Of a stretch of DNA of 64,000 nt, positions 33,328 through 46,400 are shown in pieces. The DNA is from the human T2T-CHM13v2.0 reference genome, Homo sapiens. A program made the position numbers and the translations under genes. The stretch is from assembly GCF_009914755.1 (NCBI RefSeq), contig NC_060927.1; one strand, written 5' to 3'. Position 1 is the stretch's first letter. Every line of letters begins with the position of its first letter. The notes beneath the pieces were generated by a model, which saw only the letters and a program-made list of their open reading frames with translations, ran no database searches and was not told the origin of the DNA.

Positions 33328-34444
33328 AACATATTCATACTGTTTCTTTTTGCCATGGGGAAAATTCCTCTATGATATATGTCAATAAGTGAAATTACTG
33401 GCTTTACTTGTTGGAAGGGACAGCATAATATAATGGTCCCTTATAAAGGGACAAACTCTGAAGCCAGACTACTTGGGTTCAATGCTGTTTGTACCATGAA
33501 TAGGTTTTTGATTTTGGTGGTTACCCAACCTCTCTTTGTCAGCTTCCTCATATATAAATAATGAAAATGGTAGTATTTACCTCACAATTATTAGGATAAA
33601 GTGATTTTGCATTTGCACATTTAGGAAAATAACTAATATAGAGCAAACACTCCACAAATGTTTATTGTATTTTCAACAAACCTGATAATCATAAATTATT
33701 TTCCAACGTGGTCACATAAATTTATATTTCCACTAGTGATACTATGAGGTCATGCTAACTCATCAGCACGTTGCATTACAGGACTTTTTTACCAAGATGA
33801 ATGTGATTAGCTATAGTTTATTCATTGTCGCTACTGTATAGTATGCCAGTGTTTACATTTATTGCAGTTCAATCATTCTTTCAAAGGACTGTTGAACTGT
33901 TCTCCATTCTTGCTATTACAAACACCACTGATACAAACATTCTGATACGTGGTTCTTGATGTCCACTGGCAAATGTTTCTCCTTAGTATATGCAAAATAT
34001 AGGCATCCCAAAGACAAGAACATGCCCCAAATTTGAGAGCAAATCAGTTAAAAAGCCTTAGATAATGTATCCATGTCTAAAGTTTAGGCTCAAATCACCA
34101 ATTCCTGAATATTTCTAAAGGTTTCCCAAAAATCAGCCCTGATACATACAGTATTTCCAAGTCATAAAAACTGATTAGCTTCTTCTCCTAAGAGATTCAG
34201 TGGCTGTGTTTCTGGAAAGAAATAAAGGGTTTGAGAGAAGAACTTCAGAAATGAAGTAACAAGTGCTACAACATGCCAAGATAATATGTATTATCTCCAA
34301 ATGAATATTCTCAATAGCTTGAGTTTGGGAGAGGACATTTAAACTATAGCAAACATACTCATACTGTTTCTTCTTGCCATGGGGAAAATTTCCCTAGGAT
34401 ATATATGTTAATAAGTGAAATTACTGGCTTTACTTGTTGGAAGG
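33296..34444 (+). repeat. Dispersed direct repeat: 33296-33418 and 34320-34444
   Basis: Hand alignment gives 7 substitutions and one 2-bp indel over ~125 bp. Confidence 0.93.
33420..33665 (+). mobile_element. MIR
   Basis: actctgaagccagactacttgggttcaat...tcagcttcctcatatataaataatgaaaatggtagtatttacctcac. Confidence 0.75.
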
Positions 34445-35544
34445 ATTGCAGAGTTGAACATTCCCTTCACCATCCACAGATTCTGATCATTGGAAAAATA
34501 GCACAACAATACCATTGAATAAAGGAAATATTCTAAGTTTATTCCAACATGTGTAGGTGAGGAGCACACAGTAGCAGAGACATAAAAAAAACTTTATCTT
34601 CTGCCTTTCCTCATCTGCTTCCCTGCTGGGATTACACCAATCATCCTCAATTTCTTGCCTTTTTATTTAGTCGCTTCTTTAGTATTCATCTTTAATAATG
34701 TGTAACCACAACCTGTCATTACAATCAAAGGACAAAATCAAACATAAAAATGTGAATAGAGGCTACATAAAAAAATAATCAGTTTGCTCATTACAGAACC
34801 ACTGGCAGCTGCCTTAATTCATATTAAGCCAAATCATCTTATTTTATCTTCCTCAGGCTTGGGCTCTCATTCTTCCTTCTGCAATGACCAGAGAGTCTTT
34901 GGCTTCTTCTGTCTTGCTGGAAAAAGAACATTCATGGGTACATATGATCTTTTAAGAAATTTCTACATTAAGCCTGTAAAAACAAGGTGGTGGAAATCTC
35001 CATTGGATCAGATGTTACAACATGCCATTCAAGTTAGTTAAAATCTAGAGTCCCAGATCTTGTAATAAAGGCAGAAAAGAAATATCAAATGTTATGTGTG
35101 AAAAACATGCAATGAAAATAGTGCTGGTTTACAAACGGTTTGAACTTGATGCTTTCAAATTCCTCATAGTTATAATGTTAGAAGCTATTTTAAGCGATAA
35201 GTACCACTTGATTAATTTTAACATGGCCAAAGCAATATGTAAAAATGAAACACTGGAACTGAAGTCAGGAGGCATGACTGGTCTTTTACAGGCTGTGTAA
35301 CTTTAGACAGATCACTACATTTTGTGATTTATAGTCTCACTTTGGTAATAACACATGTGGAATTAAATCACTTTCACTCAATAATCAGAATAGTCCTCCC
35401 CTTGATTCACGTACAAGGACAAAAATCAGAAACCCCCTTCTCCATGTTAACCAAAGCTACTTTAATCTGTTACACATATTGGATCAGATGATCTCTAAGG
35501 GGCCTTGCAGGGTCTCTAAAATCATCTTAAATAACTAAAGCCAT

Positions 35545-35712
35545 TATGCTCAACCTTGGCTGCAAATTAGAATCATCTTGAGAACTGAAGAATTCTCAGT
35601 GCCCAGAATACACCCTCAGAGATTCTGACTTAATTGGCTGATGGGGTCTTGCCAGCAATAATATTTTAAAACTCTTTAGGGAGTTCTCTGCAACCAGGGT
35701 CAGGAAACCCTT
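35545..35712. mobile_element. MER5A-like hAT-Charlie DNA transposon
   Basis: ctcaaccttggctgcaaattagaatca...cagagattctgacttaattgg...caaccagggtcaggaaacc. Confidence 0.75.
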
Positions 35713-38685
35713 TTCTCAGGAATTATAAATACATGACTGGATTGGGATTCCTGCTTTGTCCCTTCACATTAACCCACATGCCAAACACCCAAAACCATCC
35801 AGTTGGCAAGAAATTAGGCAGCAGACTTGAAAGAAATTGAGTAAATATTGTCTCTCCTTGTTAATCCCTCTGGCTAGACTTTCTGTGGAAATAGATTGTT
35901 ATAAAGTTAATGTGGGCAGCAGAAGCTGGTGTATCCTTAGGCCACGAAGATGAGGAACCAAGAACTGTCTGGGAAAAGTTAGACAGGGTGCATAGATTCA
36001 ATGAAGTTCAGTAAACTTGGTGGAAACTTTGTAAACCTTTCAGAAAACCTGCAGACTTCCTGAATCAATGCCCCAGGGCAGAATCTCAACAATAACCATG
36101 CCAATTTTTGCTGCTGGTTATGGGTGAAGAAGCACAATTTCATGAATTAGTGGAAGATTTATTCTCATTCAGTACATCTAGTCTGCCCTGATTCAGAGAA
36201 AGTAGGCACTCAGTTGGTTTTTTATTGTGAACTTTGTAACCTAAATAATCTGTCTTACTCTAGGTATAGAGTAACTCTGTAACCCTAATTCATTAGTTCA
36301 TGAAGCAACATTCATTAGTTCTATTAGCATTCTTCCCAAGACATGAGATCAGTCTACATTTCATGTTTTACAGCACTGTTCTTTGCAAATTATACATCAT
36401 AGAACTGTTAGTTCCATTTCCATTGGCAAAAAAACAAAAACAAAGTTATTCATCTATTTTAAACAAAACTGAGAAAAAACTATGAAAATTTCTTTGTAAT
36501 ATGAAAGTGCCTATTATGAACATAAGCTTGGTTAAATAAAAAGCTGTCTCTTTATCACAATATGGCAGCATATTGAAAAATGGTGAATAAAAATAATAAT
36601 TTGTTAGTATTAATATGTATTAATGTATTAAGTACACAGGATCTTATATAATCTGAAAATATCAATAAAATTAGATAGATGATACAAATTGACAGATAGC
36701 AATACAAATGGGATAATATAAAAATAACTGATGAAATCATTAAAATTGAATAGAAAGGGCAAAACACAGAACTGAATTGGACATGAGTGCATATATTCTT
36801 ATTTTCTATAAGAGGCTACATTTGTAGAAATGGTTGAATCTTGTTTAAAGCTGCTAAATATGATGTCAGTTTTTACTTAACACTCAAATGCTCAGTTTTT
36901 AGGGTACATTGTTGAGGAGGGGACAACAGAAAGATGACTTCTCTTCTTTATTTGAGAATGTAAGTGGTAAAAAAAAGAAGCATTAATATATAATAACTAA
37001 ATGTTACATAAATAATGTCTATCATTTGAAATTACTATGTTTCAGGTAGTAACAGACTATATGTCTTATCTTACTGAATTATGAAAGATGAATATTACTA
37101 TCTTTGTGTTACATGTGAAGAGACTGTCTCTCAGACCTTACATAACTAGCCTAGGTCCATATAACTTATAAATGATAGCCCTCTGTGAGTAACAATGAAT
37201 ATAATTACTATAATGCATGACAATTGATAAATGAATCTGAAAATTATTCTGGCTATGTAAGGAATTGGTAAAACATCTTGGAGGAAATAAGCCACTTATT
37301 AGCCATTATTTTTGTCAGTCTCTATTTCCTCATCTCCAAGATAAATAACACCATCCTTGAAGCATATTTATGCTCATTTAGTGAGATTCCAAAGCCTCTA
37401 TCTCTATGAATGGCACCAATAACCACTTAGCTAAACACCTGGAAGTCATCCTGACCTCACTTCATGTCTAATTAAGCCATCAAGTTCAAGTATTTTCCTC
37501 CTAAATAGCTCTCAAATTCATGTTGTAGTTCCTATCTCACTGACATGGATTGGTTCAAACCCTTATCAATTCTCACTAAGGTTACTCTCACTATTCTTTA
37601 ACCCATTCTTTTCATTGTGAAAAGTATCATTTTAAACAGCTAATATAATTGGTTTCTATGTTCATTGTTTTTGCGTTACTATAAAGAAATACTGGAGGCT
37701 GGGTAATTTATGAAGAAAAGAGGTTTAATTGGCTAGTTCTGGAGGCTATACAGGAAGCATGGCATGGGCATCTGCTCACCTTCTGATGAGAGCCTCAGAG
37801 AGCTTACAATCCGTGACAGAAAGACATGCAGGAGCTGGTGTATCACATGGTGAAAGGGGAAGCAAGAGAGAGAATAGGGGAGGCGCCACACTCTTTTATA
37901 AAAACAGATCCCATGTGAACTTTCAGAGTGAGAACACGCTCATTACCAAGGGGAAGCACTAAGTTATTCATGAAGGGTTCACATCCATGATCCAATAACT
38001 CCTACCAGGCCCCACCTCCAACACTGGGAACTAGATTTTAACATGAGATTTGGATGGGACACACAACCAAACCATATCATTCTGTCCCTGGTCCCCCAAA
38101 ACTCATGTCCTTCTCACACTGAAAACTACAATTACCCCTTCTCAATAGCCTCCCAAAGTCTTAACTGATTCCAACCCCAAGTCCAAAGTCCAAAGTCTTA
38201 TTTGAGACATAAGTCAAGTTCCTTCCACCTATGAGCCTGAAAATAATATATTTTTTAAAAGAATGTATTTAACTTCCAAGGTAACAATGGTGGTAAAGAC
38301 ATTTGGTAAACATTCCCATTCCAAAAAGGAGAAATCAGCCAAGAGAAAGGAGCTATAGGCCCCAAACAAGTCTGAAACTCAGCAGGGCAGGAACTAAATT
38401 TTAAACCTCCAAAATAATCCTTGACTCCATGTCCCGTATCTAGTGGTGGGTTCTCGAGGCTTTGGGCAGCTCCACCATGGTGACTTTTCAGGGTGCAGCC
38501 CTTTAGCTATTCTTATGGGTTAGAGCTGAGTGCCTGTGGCTTTTCTCAGTGCAGGCTGCAAGCTGCCAGTGGATCAACATTCTGGGGTCTGGAGGATGGT
38601 GGCCCTGTTTTCACAGTTCCACTAGGCAGTGTCCCAGTGGAGACTATATAGAGGCACCAACCCCACATTTTGCTTCCATACTGCC

Positions 38686-40997
38686 TGATATGGTTTGGCT
38701 GTGTCCCCACCCAAATCTCATCTTGAATTGTAATTCCCACAATCCCCATGTTTTGTGGGAGGGACCAGTGGGAGGTAACTGAATCATGGGGTGGTTCCCT
38801 CCTTGCTGTTCTCATGATAGTGAATGAATTCTCACAAGATCTGATGCTTTTATAAGGGCTTTTATAAGGGGCCCATCCCCCGGCCCTTTGCTCTGAACTC
38901 CTCCTTGCTGCTGCCATGTAAAGAAGGACATGTTTTCTTCCCCTTCCACCATGATTGTAAGTTTCCTGAGGACTCCCCAGCCCTGCAGAACAGTGAGTCA
39001 ATTAAACATATTTCCTTTATAAATTATCCAGTCTCAAGTATTTCTTTGTAGCAGAACGGCTATGAAGAATAAAAATGGACTAATACAGTAAATTGGTACT
39101 GGGACTGGGGCATTACTACGAGGATACCTTAAAATATGGAAGCAACTTTGGAGCTGGGTAACAGGCAGAAATTGCAACAATTTGGAGGGCTCAGAAGAAG
39201 ATAGGAAAAATGGGAAAGTTTAGAACTTCCTAGAGAGTTGTTAAATGGCTTTGACCAAAATGTGGGCAGTGATATGGACAATAAAGTTCAGGCTAAGGTG
39301 GTATCAGATGGAGATGAGGAACTTTTTGGGTACTGGATTAAAGGTCAGTTTTGCTATGCAAAGAGACTGGTGAGATTTTGCCCCTGTCCTAGAGACCTGC
39401 AGAACTTTGAACTTGAGAGAGATGATTTAGGGTATCTGGCAGAAGAAATTTCTAAGCGGCAAAGCATTCAAGAGGAAGCAGAGCAAAAAAAGTTTGAGAA
39501 ATTTGCAGCCTGATGATGCAGTGTGAAAAAAAAAATTTTTCTAAGGAAAAATTCAGGCCAGCTGCAGAAATTTACATAAGTAACATGGAGCCAAATGTTA
39601 ATCCTCAAGACAATGGGGAAAATGTCTCCAGGATGTGTAAGAGACCTTCAAGGCAGCCCCTCCCATTACAGTCCTGGAGACCAAGGAGGGATAAATGGTT
39701 TCCTGGGCTAGGCCACCAGGTCTCTATGCAGCCTTAGCACATGGTGCCCTGCATCCCAGCTGCTTCAGCTCCAGCCATGGCTAAAAGGGGCCAAGGTATA
39801 GCTCAGGCCATTGCTTCAGAGGGTGCAAGCCCCAAGCCTTGGTGGCTTACACATGATGTTGGACCTGCAGGTGCACAGAAGTCAAGAATTGAGGTTTGGG
39901 AACCTCCACCTAAATTTCACAGGATGTACAGAAATGCCTGGATGTTCAGACAGAAATTTGTTTCAGGGGCAAAGCCCTCACGGAGAAGCCCTGCTAGGGC
40001 AATGCAAAAGGGAATTGTAGGGCTGGCACCCCCACACAGAGTACCCAATGGGGCACTGCCTGGTAGAGCTGTGAGAAGAGGGCCACCATCCTCCAGACCA
40101 CAGAATGATAAATCAACCAAAAGCTTGCACTGTGCACCTGGAAAAGCCACAGATACTCAATGCCAGCCTGTGAAAACAGCTGGGAGTAGGGGCTGTACCC
40201 TGCAAAGCCACAGGGTCAGAGCTGTGCAAGGCTGTGGGAGCCCACATCTTGCATCAGCTTGACCTGGATGCAAGACATGAAGTCAAAGGAGATCATTTGG
40301 AGCTTTAAGGTTTAATAACTGCCTTATTGGATTTCAGACTTGTATAGGGCCTGTAGCCCCTTTGTTTTGGCCAATTTCTCCTCTTTGCAACAGGTACATT
40401 TACCCAATGCCTGTATCCCCATTATATCTAGGAAGTAATTGATTTGCTTTTGACTTTACAGGCTCATAGGTGGAAGGGACTTGCCTTGTCTTAGATGCGA
40501 TGATTGGACTTGGACATTTGTGTTAATGCTGGAATAAGTTAAAACTTTGGGGTACTGTTGGGAAGGCATATGGTGTTTTGTAATGTGAGGACATGAGATT
40601 TAGCAGGGGGTAGGGGTAGAATGGTATGGTCTGTCTGAATCCCCACCCAAATCTCATCTTGAATTACAGTCCCCATAATCCCCATGTGTCATGGGAGGGA
40701 CCCAGTGGAAGGTAATTGAATCATGGAGGTAGTCATCTCCATGCTGTTCTCGTAATAGTGAGTGAGTTCTCACAAGATCTGATGGTTTTATAAGGGGTTT
40801 TTCCCCCACTTTGCTCTGAACTTCTCCTTCCTGCTGCCATATCAAGAAAGGTGTGTTTGCTTCCTCTTCTGCCATGATTTTAGGTTTCCTGAGGCCTCCC
40901 AAGCCCTGCAGAACTGTGAGTCAATTAGACCTCTTTCCTTTATAAATTACCCAGTCTTGGGTATTTTTTCATAGCAGCATGAAAACCGACTAATACA
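38686..40997 (+). mobile_element. Complete THE1 (THE1C/D-like) MaLR: LTR 38686-39087, internal 39088-40621, LTR 40622-40997
   Basis: LTRs tgatatggtttggctgtgtcccc...gactaataca; internal ORF remnant NGFDQNVGSDMDNKVQAKVVSDGDEEL...ELERDDLGYLAEEISK; TSD ctgcc (38681-38685) / ttgcc (40998-41002). Confidence 0.92.
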
Positions 40998-41726
40998 TTG
41001 CCTTAGTAGAGTTTCTCTGTGGGGTTCTGCCCCTGCAGCAGGCTTCTGCTTGGGCACCCATGCTTTTCCAGACATTCTCTGGAATCTAGGTGGAAGCTGC
41101 CAAGCCTCCTTTATTCTTGTATTCTGTGTGCCAGCAAACTTGACACTATGTGAAAGCCACCAAGGTTTATGGAAGCTTGCAATCTCCAAAGAGATATCTC
41201 AAACCTGTCTCTGGGGCCCTATGGGCCACAGCTGGAGCCAGAGGGGCTGGGGATGTAAAGGGCAGTGTCCCGAGTCTGAGCAGGGAAGTGTTGCCCTGTT
41301 CCTGGCCTGTGAAACCAGTCTTTTCTCTTAGGCCTCTGGGCTTGTGATGGGAGGGGCTGCCTGAAAGATTTCTGAAATGCCTTTGAGGTCTTTTTCCCAT
41401 TGTCTTAAATATTAACACTTGGCTCCCTTTTAATTATTCTAATTGTTTAGCAACTGGTTGTTCCACAGCCTGCTTGGATTCTTTACCACAGAGGCAGACT
41501 GCAAATTTTTCAAACTTTTATGCTCTGCTTTTATTTTAAATAAAAGTTCCAGCTTTAAGTCATTTATTTTCTCTGCATCTGAAATAGTCTATAGGATATT
41601 AGAAGCAGCTAGGCCACATCCTGAATGCTTTACTGCTTAGAAGTTTCTTCTGCCAGATAACCTAAATTATCACTCTTAAATTCAAATTTCCATAATTCCC
41701 TAAAGAATGGACACAATGCAGCCAAT

Positions 41727-41761
<35 letters not shown>

Positions 41762-41762
41762 G
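41727..41762 (+). repeat. (TTG)12 microsatellite
   Basis: Perfect trinucleotide run read directly. Confidence 0.95.
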
Positions 41763-43669
41763 CTACAGCATAACCAGAATGACCTTGGCTCCAGTTCCTA
41801 ATAACTTTCTTATTTCCATCTGAGACCTCATCAGCCTGGACTTCACTGTACATATCTCTGTCAGTGTTTTGGTGACAGCCACTTAACAAGTCTTCCTTTG
41901 ACTTCCTGTCTTCTTCTGAGCCCTCCAAACTCTTCCAACCCCTGCCCATTACCTGCTTCCAAAGCCACTTCCATATTTTCAGATATCTTTATAGCAACAC
42001 CCTATTCCTCAGTACCAATTTTCTGTGTTAGCTTGCCTTTGCATTGCTATAAAGATATACGTGAGGCTGGGTAATTTAAAAATAAAAGAGGTTCATGGTT
42101 TTACAGGCTGAACAGGAAGCATGGCACTGGCATCTGTTTGGCTTCTGGTGAGGGCCTCAGAGAGCTTACAATCATGGCAGAAGGTAAAGCAGGAGCCAGT
42201 GTGTCACATGGCAATATGGTGGGGAGGTGCCACACTCTTTTAAACAACCAGATCTCATGTGAACTACCAGAGCAAGAATTCACTCATCAACAAGTGGATG
42301 GTGCTAAGCTATTTATGAGGGATCTTCTTTCATGATGCAGTAACTCCCACCAGTGTTATACTGGGGAGTTCTCTCACCCTCTAAATCACTGAGCTTCTTA
42401 GAGATCACCACAGCATCTATATCCTTATTTTAAATCACAGGCCAACTGAAGGTTGAGGTACCTTGAGGTCCAGCATTCTATGCAGACACTATAGTTGTCT
42501 TCCTTGTAGACAAGGAAGGGTTGGTTAAATGAAGGAATGATTGAATGAATGTGTAAATGGAATTTGAACCTTCTAATGCAGACCTTCTGGACACTATTAT
42601 TGCTATACAGAGTTTAGTTTCTATATCACCACTCCTTATTTGCCCCATGCAATTTTTAGTTCAAAATTTAGCAAGTATCTGAAGTTATTCTTATGAAATA
42701 CCAAAATCACCATTTGATTTGTCAGTAAAATCAAACAAAAATATTCTGATTATTTCCCTTTAAAATGAACATATCTATTGTTACTGCACTAACAGTTTAG
42801 TGTATTCAAAATAATTGAATACACTCTAATACACATCATCCAGTTAAATAGAGATGTAATTGGCATAAGTTTGTATTACTGGAGTTTTTATATTCCAGAT
42901 ATGGTTAGGCCAGAGGTTGAGAATAGGGGAAAATACAATTCTCTCAAAGTATTATTTTTTCTAAACCAGTGGTTGCTGCTGATTTCTGCCCCTCCCTCCC
43001 CATTTTGTAACAGGTTAACTTGGTCTAGGTATTTCTGTTTTTCTTCCACCACGTCATTAATGATATATTTATTTTGATGTCGGTATAAAATGTAGTTCAT
43101 AGGCATTAATGGGGAATTTGTTCCAAAAGTCTAAAGGTCATAGTTAGTAGAAATATTGATTTTATAGATCATTACTTAATGGCAAATTATGATCTGCTCT
43201 CTTGACAATCCCTAAATTGATGGAAATGTTTGCTTGTTGAATAAAATTTAATATTTTCTGCTTAAAACTATAACTTATCAACAATTTTTGAATCTTTTTA
43301 AATAAATTATTTTTAACTTTTCCAAAGTCCAAGAAGATGTTTACTCAAAATACTGTACTCAAACATCTTCGGTGAATGCTATACCTTTCTTTTTAAAACC
43401 TCTGAAGGTTTCTGCTTTAGGAAAATCTGTTCAAACTAAAATTTTCTAAACCTATTTGCCCAGGGAACTTTCCCATTTTTAACCCAAGAAAACCATTGTA
43501 TTCATTTATTTAAATCTGTTGATACAAACTAATTTTTACTATTTTTATTATGGGCTTTCTCCTGTGCAAAGCATTGATCTGGGTAGGCATGCAAAACATG
43601 TAGAGGGATAAGGCATGAGTCTCAAACACAAAGTGCAATACATTCTAGAAGAGAGGTAGAAAATGAATA

Positions 43670-43855
43670 GCAATACTGTACATTGTAAATTCAGAAAGAC
43701 CTGAGTTTAAACTTCAGTTTTCCACTTAAGAATTTTGAAAACTTGGACAAAATACTTAAAATATTTTATATCAGTGTTTTCCTCTAAAAAAAAATGAGGA
43801 TGATAATAATATGTACTTCATACCATACATGGCACACAGTAGGTGTTCAATAAAA
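43670..43855 (+). mobile_element. MIR fragment
   Basis: tcagaaagacctgagtttaaac...acttggacaaaatactt...tcagtgttttcctct...ggcacacagtaggtgttcaataaa. Confidence 0.7.
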
Positions 43856-44472
43856 AGCAGCCAAAATCAGAGTTAAAAAAAAAAAAAAGATGAAAGAAGA
43901 AGGAGCATAATTTGATGGAGGCTTAAAGACAATATAAGAGATTTTGTTAAAAGTCAAATTAATTATATGATTATTCTGATCAATTGCAGAAAAGATCAAC
44001 TAAAATGGATGAAATAAATCAAACAAGAACCAATTTAGAAGTCATGTAGAGATTAGTCATTTGTATTCACATTTTGCCACGTACCTCTATTTCTATTTCA
44101 ATGCAAAGTCAATGCTAATAATTTTAGTATAATTAAGATTATTTATATTTATCATCTTTATTATGCAAGCTTTGAAACAGGCAGATATTGTTATTATATT
44201 TCTTTTTACAGACAAAGCAGTTCTAGAAAGAAAATTAATTTATCAAAGCCAGTTAGCCTTCAACTAAGTAGAATCTCCTAGTTTCTATTAAAAGCTCATC
44301 CACTAGACTTCACTAATTCCAGGACCTAGACCTAGACCTAAAACAGCGATATGTTAATTTACCTGGCCCTACCTATGGACAAAATTGCATGGCTGGCTTT
44401 CAAATCATGAGTTGATAGCCCTTGCTTTAAACCATCACAACTAATCAGCCTTGTAAATAGTAAGAATATCCA

Positions 44473-44592
44473 CAGGGATCAGCAAATATTTTCTGTGATT
44501 TACCAGATAGTAAATATTTTAATCTTTGAGGGCAATATGGTCTGTCACAAATACTCAACTCTGCCCTTTTAACGCTAGAACAACCATAGATA

Positions 44593-44593
<1 letters not shown>
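44473..44593 (+). mobile_element. MER58A-like DNA transposon fragment
   Basis: cagggatcagcaaatattttctgt...ccagatagtaaatatttt...ggtctgtcacaaatactcaactctgcc. Confidence 0.75.

Positions 44594-44596
<3 letters not shown>

Positions 44597-44630
<34 letters not shown>
44597..44630 (+). repeat. (CA)17 microsatellite
   Basis: Perfect dinucleotide run read directly. Confidence 0.95.
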
Positions 44631-44631
<1 letters not shown>

Positions 44632-44692
44632 CACCATAAGCCATTATTATTAATATCACATTAAGTAGTCAGTATTCACTCACATTTACTCA

Positions 44693-45601
44693 TGTAAACC
44701 AAAAATAAAATTCTAAGTCCCCCAGTTGACTGAATACACTTCTCATCTTTGTCAATGGAATTTCAAATAAAACCTAAAAAACTACTTCAGGCCATGATGG
44801 GAAGGGAGGTCAAACATGCCTCCTTATATACTTTTTCCTTGAGAATTTAGGCACAACTGACCAGCATTAACATTAAAATAGCAATCATAAGACCCTCAAA
44901 ACAGACTCTTTGTAGAAATGAGATACTAAACTCCAACCTGACTCTGGTATAACATCACATGACAGATAGCAGGTTCTAAAGAAAATAAAAGCATTCTAAC
45001 ACAAAATATATTTCTTTGACATATTTTGAAATGGTCATCCAAAGCCTTCTCTTGTGGAGAAAATTTGCATTCTATAGAGAATGCCCTTCCCTTTCCAGGT
45101 CTTTTCCTGAAGCAAGAGAGATTTAACTAAAAGTGTGACACCTTTTAAGGTGCCATAAGAAACATTTACCATCTATTCTCTCTGAAGCCTGTTACTTAGA
45201 GGCTTCATCTACATAACAAGAACTTTGGCTTCCAAACCCTTCTTACATTAACTCATGCATTTCTTTATGCTGACTTAAACTCTTCAGGAAAAGCTTAACT
45301 CTTTTAACCAATGGCCAGTCAGAAAATCCTTGAAGCTATCTGTGTCCTGGAAGTCCTGATTTTGAGATGTCCCACCTTTCCAGGCCCAACCAATTTATAC
45401 TTTACATGTATACTTTACATGATTTATGTCTTTGCCAATGACTTCTGTCTCTAAAATGTATAAAACCATGCTGTAACCAAACCACCTTGGGCACACATTC
45501 CTGGGATCTCTTAAGACTGTGTCATGGGCCAAAATTATTCAAATATGAAGCTTAGAATAAACCTCTTTAAATAATTTACAGTTTGGTTTTTTTTGTCAAC
45601 A
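44693..45601 (+). mobile_element. MER4D/MER4D1-like ERV1 solo LTR
   Basis: tgtaaaccaaaaataaaattctaag...agaataaacctctttaaata...gtcaaca; TG..CA ends; 4-bp TSD ctca at 44689-44692 and 45602-45605. Confidence 0.87.
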
Positions 45602-45609
45602 CTCACATA

Positions 45610-46400
45610 AATAGCTTTCTTGTTGCTCTTCATTCTTTCTTTTGTCATTGTATTTCAGTCTGGGATTATTTTTCTCCTGCCTAAAGAGCTGTCTTTAGTG
45701 TATGCTTTCATATGTATCACATAGGAATAAGTTTTTGTTAATTTGAAACATCTTCATCACTTTCATTTTGAGGAATATTATCATTGAGTATAATTTTCCA
45801 AGTTGCCAGTTATTTTTGTAGTTCTCTAAACACGGGATTATTTGTCTTCTGGCTCCCTTTATTTTTCCAAACAATATACATTGTTGATATATTTTTGCTT
45901 CATTGAAGTTAATGAGCATTCACTACTTCTATAACTGCATGCATTTAAGATCTCTTGTTTTTAGCTTTCAGTAATTTTATTATAATATGTCTGGGTGTGC
46001 TTTTCTTTGTATTAATAATTTCTGGAAGTCACTAAACTTCTTAAATCTCTGGGTTCATGTCTTTAACCAGTTTTGGGAAATTCTTGACCATTCTATCTTC
46101 AAAACTTGCTCCTTCCCATTCTCTCTCTTTCTTTTCTCCATCAAGAATTCCACTTACATATATGTTGGGCCTTTTCATATGTCTTGTAGTCTCTTATCCT
46201 CTCTTCTGTTTTTCCATTTTTTGGTTTTTCTTTAATTTAAAAACGTTTTCTGGTCTTACATTTCCATTCTGTAGCCTTCATCTTTTTTTTTTTTAATAAA
46301 GTAAGCAGTTAAGCTACTTTTGTCTACCAATGCATAATAATACTAGTAAATTAATCATTTAAACTTAGGTTTCTGTTATTTTCTCTTCTCTTGGCTTTCA
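45610..46400 (-). mobile_element. Very old L1 (L1M5/L1ME or HAL1-like) ORF1-region fragment
   Basis: T-rich; tttcattttgaggaatattatcattgagtataatttt...ttttgggaaattcttgaccatt is reverse L1 ORF1-like. Confidence 0.6.

Larger units (their letters stand above)
37657..42353 (-). mobile_element. MSTB-like MaLR with both LTRs (37657-38079; 42024-~42353, clipped) and internal region, split by a THE1 insertion
   Basis: Both LTRs share ctataaaga...gaggctgggtaattt...aggaagcatggca...gcctcagagagcttacaatc. The internal MaLR ORF remnant 41662-41949 (EVQADEVSDGNKKVIRNWSQGH) is homologous to the THE1 internal peptide. Confidence 0.85.

Noticed and set aside
36288-36321. 12-bp direct repeat attcattagttc; similar short duplications at 45396-45421 and ~57030-57065
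   Set aside because: Ordinary micro-duplications expected from slippage in AT-rich DNA.
39238-40262. Consecutive ORFs of 91, 74 and 173 aa as a gene
   Set aside because: They are frameshifted pieces of the THE1 internal ORF, between two THE1 LTRs.
44990-45200. Similarity to 19390-19430 and 20400-20440 (catattttga; atttaccatctattctctctga) suggesting a segmental duplication
   Set aside because: Shared ancestry of MER4-group ERV1 LTRs; each copy has its own termini.
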